From Isoptericola halotolerans (GTDB lineage Bacteria > Actinomycetota > Actinomycetes > Actinomycetales > Cellulomonadaceae): a DNA stretch of 64,000 bases. Every line of letters begins with the position of its first letter. Within the stretch, counting starts at the first letter, position 1. Positions 61,290-64,000 of the stretch are shown here, piece after piece. The stretch spans positions 682,001-746,000 of the forward strand of contig NZ_JABEZU010000001.1 of NCBI RefSeq assembly GCF_013149785.1, in the 5' to 3' direction. Both the position numbers and the translations under genes were made by a program. Under the pieces are notes generated by a model. That model saw only the letters and a program-made list of their open reading frames with translations, was not told where the DNA came from and searched no databases.

Positions 61290-63242
61290 ATGACGATGCA
61301 GACACTCTCCCTCGCGCCCTGGCTGGTCGCCACGCCGCTGATCGGGGCGGCCCTGCTGCTCCTGGTCGGGCGTCGCAGCGACCGGTGGGGGCACTGGCTC
61401 GGCGTGCTCGCCTCGACCGCCACGTTCGTGATCGGCCTGGTCATCCTGCTCGACATGCTCGCCGCGGACCCCGACCAGCGGGTGGGCGTGCACACGGTGG
61501 CGAGCTGGATCGACGTCGGTCCGCTGCAGGTGGACGTCGGGTTCCAGGTGGACCCGTTGTCGATGACCTTCGTCATGCTGATCACGCTGGTGGGCTCGCT
61601 GATCCACCTGTACTCCGTGGCGTACATGTCCCACGACCGCGACCGCCGCCGGTTCTTCGCCTACCTCAACCTGTTCGTCGCGGCGATGCTGCTGCTGGTC
61701 CTGGCGGACTCCTACCTGCTGCTGTTCGTCGGCTGGGAGGGCGTGGGCCTGGCCTCGTTCCTGCTCATCGGGTTCTGGGACCACCACCTGCCCAACGCGG
61801 TGGCCGGCAAGAAGGCGTTCGTCATGAACCGGGTCGGCGACATGGGGCTCATCGCGGCGATGATGCTCATGCTCGCGACGTTCGGCGGGGTGGACTTCTC
61901 CACCGTGCTCGGCTCGGCCGGTGCGGCGGACCAGGGCACGACGACGGCGATCGGGCTGCTGCTCCTGCTGGCGGCCTGCGGCAAGTCGGCCCAGCTGCCG
62001 CTGCAGGCGTGGCTCGGCGACGCGATGGCCGGCCCGACGCCGGTCTCCGCCCTGATCCACGCGGCCACGATGGTCACCGCGGGCGTCTACCTCCTGGTGC
62101 GCTCCGGGCCGGTCCTCGAGGCCGCCCCGGACGCCCAGCTCGTCATCGCCGTGGTCGGTGCGCTCACCCTGCTGTTCGGGGCGGTCGTCGGCTGTGCCAA
62201 GGACGACATCAAGAAGGCGCTGGCCGCCTCGACGATGTCGCAGATCGGCTACATGATGCTGGCGGCGGGCCTGGGCCCGGTCGGCTACGCGTTCGCGATC
62301 TTCCACCTGGTGACGCACGGCTTCTTCAAGGCGGGCCTGTTCCTCGGGGCCGGCTCGGTGATGCACGCGATGGACGACGACGTGAACATGCGCCGCTTCG
62401 GCGGCCTCGCCCGGCTGCTCCCGGTCACGGCGATCACGATGGGCCTGGGCTGGCTCGCCATCCTCGGTGTCCCGCCGTTCTCCGGCTTCTACTCCAAGGA
62501 CAAGATCATCGAGGCGGCGTTCGTCGGCGAGGGCTGGCGGCCCTGGGTCTTCGGCACCGTCGCGCTGCTCGGCGCGGGGATCACCGCCTACTACATGTCC
62601 CGGTTGTTCTTCATGACGTTCATGGGCCGACGCCGGTGGGTCACCGAGCTCGCCGGCGGTGCGGGGCGCGAGGGTGGGTCGGACGGCACCCCCGTGCGGC
62701 ACCCGCACGAGTCGCCGTGGCTCATGACGCTGCCGATGATCGTGCTGGCCGTGGGGTCGGTGGGGCTCGGGTTCGCGCTCAACGCGGGCGAGCGGTTCGT
62801 GCACTTCCTGGAGCCCGTGACGGGCCATGCCGAGCACCACGACCCGGTGCTGCCGATCTGGCTGATCATCACGCTCACCCTGACGCTGGTGGCCGCCGGG
62901 CTGGCGCTCGCCTTCGTGCAGTACGCGATGCGTCCGGTACCGACGACGCCGCCTCCCGCTCCGGCGGTGGTCCGTGCGGCCCGGGTGGACCTGCACCAGG
63001 ACGACGTCAACGAGGCGGTCGTCATGTTGCCGGGGAAGGTGCTGACCCGCTCGCTGGTCTTCGCCGACCGGACCGCCGTCGACGCCGGGTGGCTGGGGCT
63101 GGCCGGGGGAGTGGGACGGTTCGGCACCTGGCTGCGGGGGCTGCAGTCCGGCTACGTCCGGCAGTACGCCGCGATGACCCTGGGCGGTCTCGGTGTGATC
63201 GTGCTCGTGATCTGGCTGTTCTCCGGCCAGGGGGCGAGCTGA
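61290..63242 (+). CDS. nuoL: NADH-quinone oxidoreductase subunit L
   Basis: [42 protein letters not shown]. Confidence 0.97.
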   Translation: MTMQTLSLAPWLVATPLIGAALLLLVGRRSDRWGHWLGVLASTATFVIGLVILLDMLAADPDQRVGVHTVASWIDVGPLQVDVGFQVDPLSMTFVMLITLVGSLIHLYSVAYMSHDRDRRRFFAYLNLFVAAMLLLVLADSYLLLFVGWEGVGLASFLLIGFWDHHLPNAVAGKKAFVMNRVGDMGLIAAMMLMLATFGGVDFSTVLGSAGAADQGTTTAIGLLLLLAACGKSAQLPLQAWLGDAMAGPTPVSALIHAATMVTAGVYLLVRSGPVLEAAPDAQLVIAVVGALTLLFGAVVGCAKDDIKKALAASTMSQIGYMMLAAGLGPVGYAFAIFHLVTHGFFKAGLFLGAGSVMHAMDDDVNMRRFGGLARLLPVTAITMGLGWLAILGVPPFSGFYSKDKIIEAAFVGEGWRPWVFGTVALLGAGITAYYMSRLFFMTFMGRRRWVTELAGGAGREGGSDGTPVRHPHESPWLMTLPMIVLAVGSVGLGFALNAGERFVHFLEPVTGHAEHHDPVLPIWLIITLTLTLVAAGLALAFVQYAMRPVPTTPPPAPAVVRAARVDLHQDDVNEAVVMLPGKVLTRSLVFADRTAVDAGWLGLAGGVGRFGTWLRGLQSGYVRQYAAMTLGGLGVIVLVIWLFSGQGAS

Positions 63243-63245
63243 GAC

Positions 63246-64000
63246 ATGGAAGGGATGACGATGTCCAGCTTTCCCTGGTTGACCGCCCTGGTGGTGTGGC
63301 CGCTGGTCGCGGCCCTGGCGACGGTGCTCACGGGCGCCGGGCGCGGCCGTCCGGCCTCGGGAGCAGCGAGCGGCGGCGGCGCGTTCAGCGCCGGCTCGGC
63401 CCGCACGGTGGCTCTGGTCGGCTCCCTGGTGCAGGTCGCCCTGCTGGTCGGCGCCTTCGGGGCGTTCGACACCTCGACGGCGGGCACGCACCAGCTCACC
63501 GAGACCTACGCGTGGATCCCGGCGCTCGGGGCGAGCTACGCCGTCGGCGTCGACGGGGTGTCGCTGCTGCTGGTCGCCCTGAGCGTGGGGCTCGTGCCGC
63601 TGGTGATCCTGGCGGCCTGGCGCGAGCAGGGCGGTGACCACGTCCGGCTGCGGCGCTACCTGGCCACGGTGCTGGTGCTGCTGTCCTTCATGGTCGTGGT
63701 GTTCGCGGCGCGCGACGTGTTCCTCTTCTACGTGGTCTTCGAGGCCATGCTCATCCCGGCCTACTTCCTCATCGGCGGGTTCGGGCAGGGTGCGCAGCGA
63801 CGCTACGCGGCCGTGAAGTTCCTGCTGTTCTCCCTGGCCGGCGGGCTGGTCATGCTGGCCGCCGTGGTCGCGCTGTACCTGCAGGTACCGGTCGACCCGG
63901 CCACCGGGCTGCGTCCCGAGGACGCGTTCCTGACTGAAAATCTCACCGGTCTGGCGCTCGACCCCACGGCCGAGCGGCTGATGTTCGCCGCCTTCTTCCT
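63246..64000 (+). CDS. nuoM: NADH-quinone oxidoreductase subunit M (partial, runs off the window)
   Basis: FPWLT..., VGVDGVS, FYVVFEAMLIP, YAAVKF; follows nuoL; alternative starts 63255/63261. Confidence 0.94.
   Translation, partial: MEGMTMSSFPWLTALVVWPLVAALATVLTGAGRGRPASGAASGGGAFSAGSARTVALVGSLVQVALLVGAFGAFDTSTAGTHQLTETYAWIPALGASYAVGVDGVSLLLVALSVGLVPLVILAAWREQGGDHVRLRRYLATVLVLLSFMVVVFAARDVFLFYVVFEAMLIPAYFLIGGFGQGAQRRYAAVKFLLFSLAGGLVMLAAVVALYLQVPVDPATGLRPEDAFLTENLTGLALDPTAERLMFAAFF

Overview
Very GC-rich actinobacterial chromosome segment. The gene order suggests Micrococcales (Cellulomonas/Isoptericola-like); that placement is an inference. The window is mostly core genome: glycerol operon glpD-glpF-glpK with a divergent SorC-type regulator; short ArgA-type GNAT, mutY, disA-radA; an SDR/TetR pair; proC; a TetR/ABC-2 exporter; trkAH; acuC; bS22; HAD, glutaredoxin-like and rex; yceI; an ATP-grasp ligase; cytochrome c maturation system II; a dispersed menaquinone cluster (menA,E,B,C,D,F,G,J) interrupted by accessory genes; and nuoA-nuoM, with nuoM cut by the window edge. 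I found no tRNA, rRNA, CRISPR array, IS or prophage, and no clear multi-gene novel system. The most interesting signals are non-coding or sub-gene: three 23-bp-period repeats over the promoter of a DUF4143 ATPase-nuclease, an 88-bp palindrome-rich tandem repeat, two TTGTGA-N6-TCACAA (Rex/CRP-type) operators, a PafBC-type promoter at radA, a structured bS22 leader, a membrane protein with a histone-like tail, and a NuoG that has lost its N7 cluster ligands. All calls come from reading the sequence and recalled family motifs; no searches were run.
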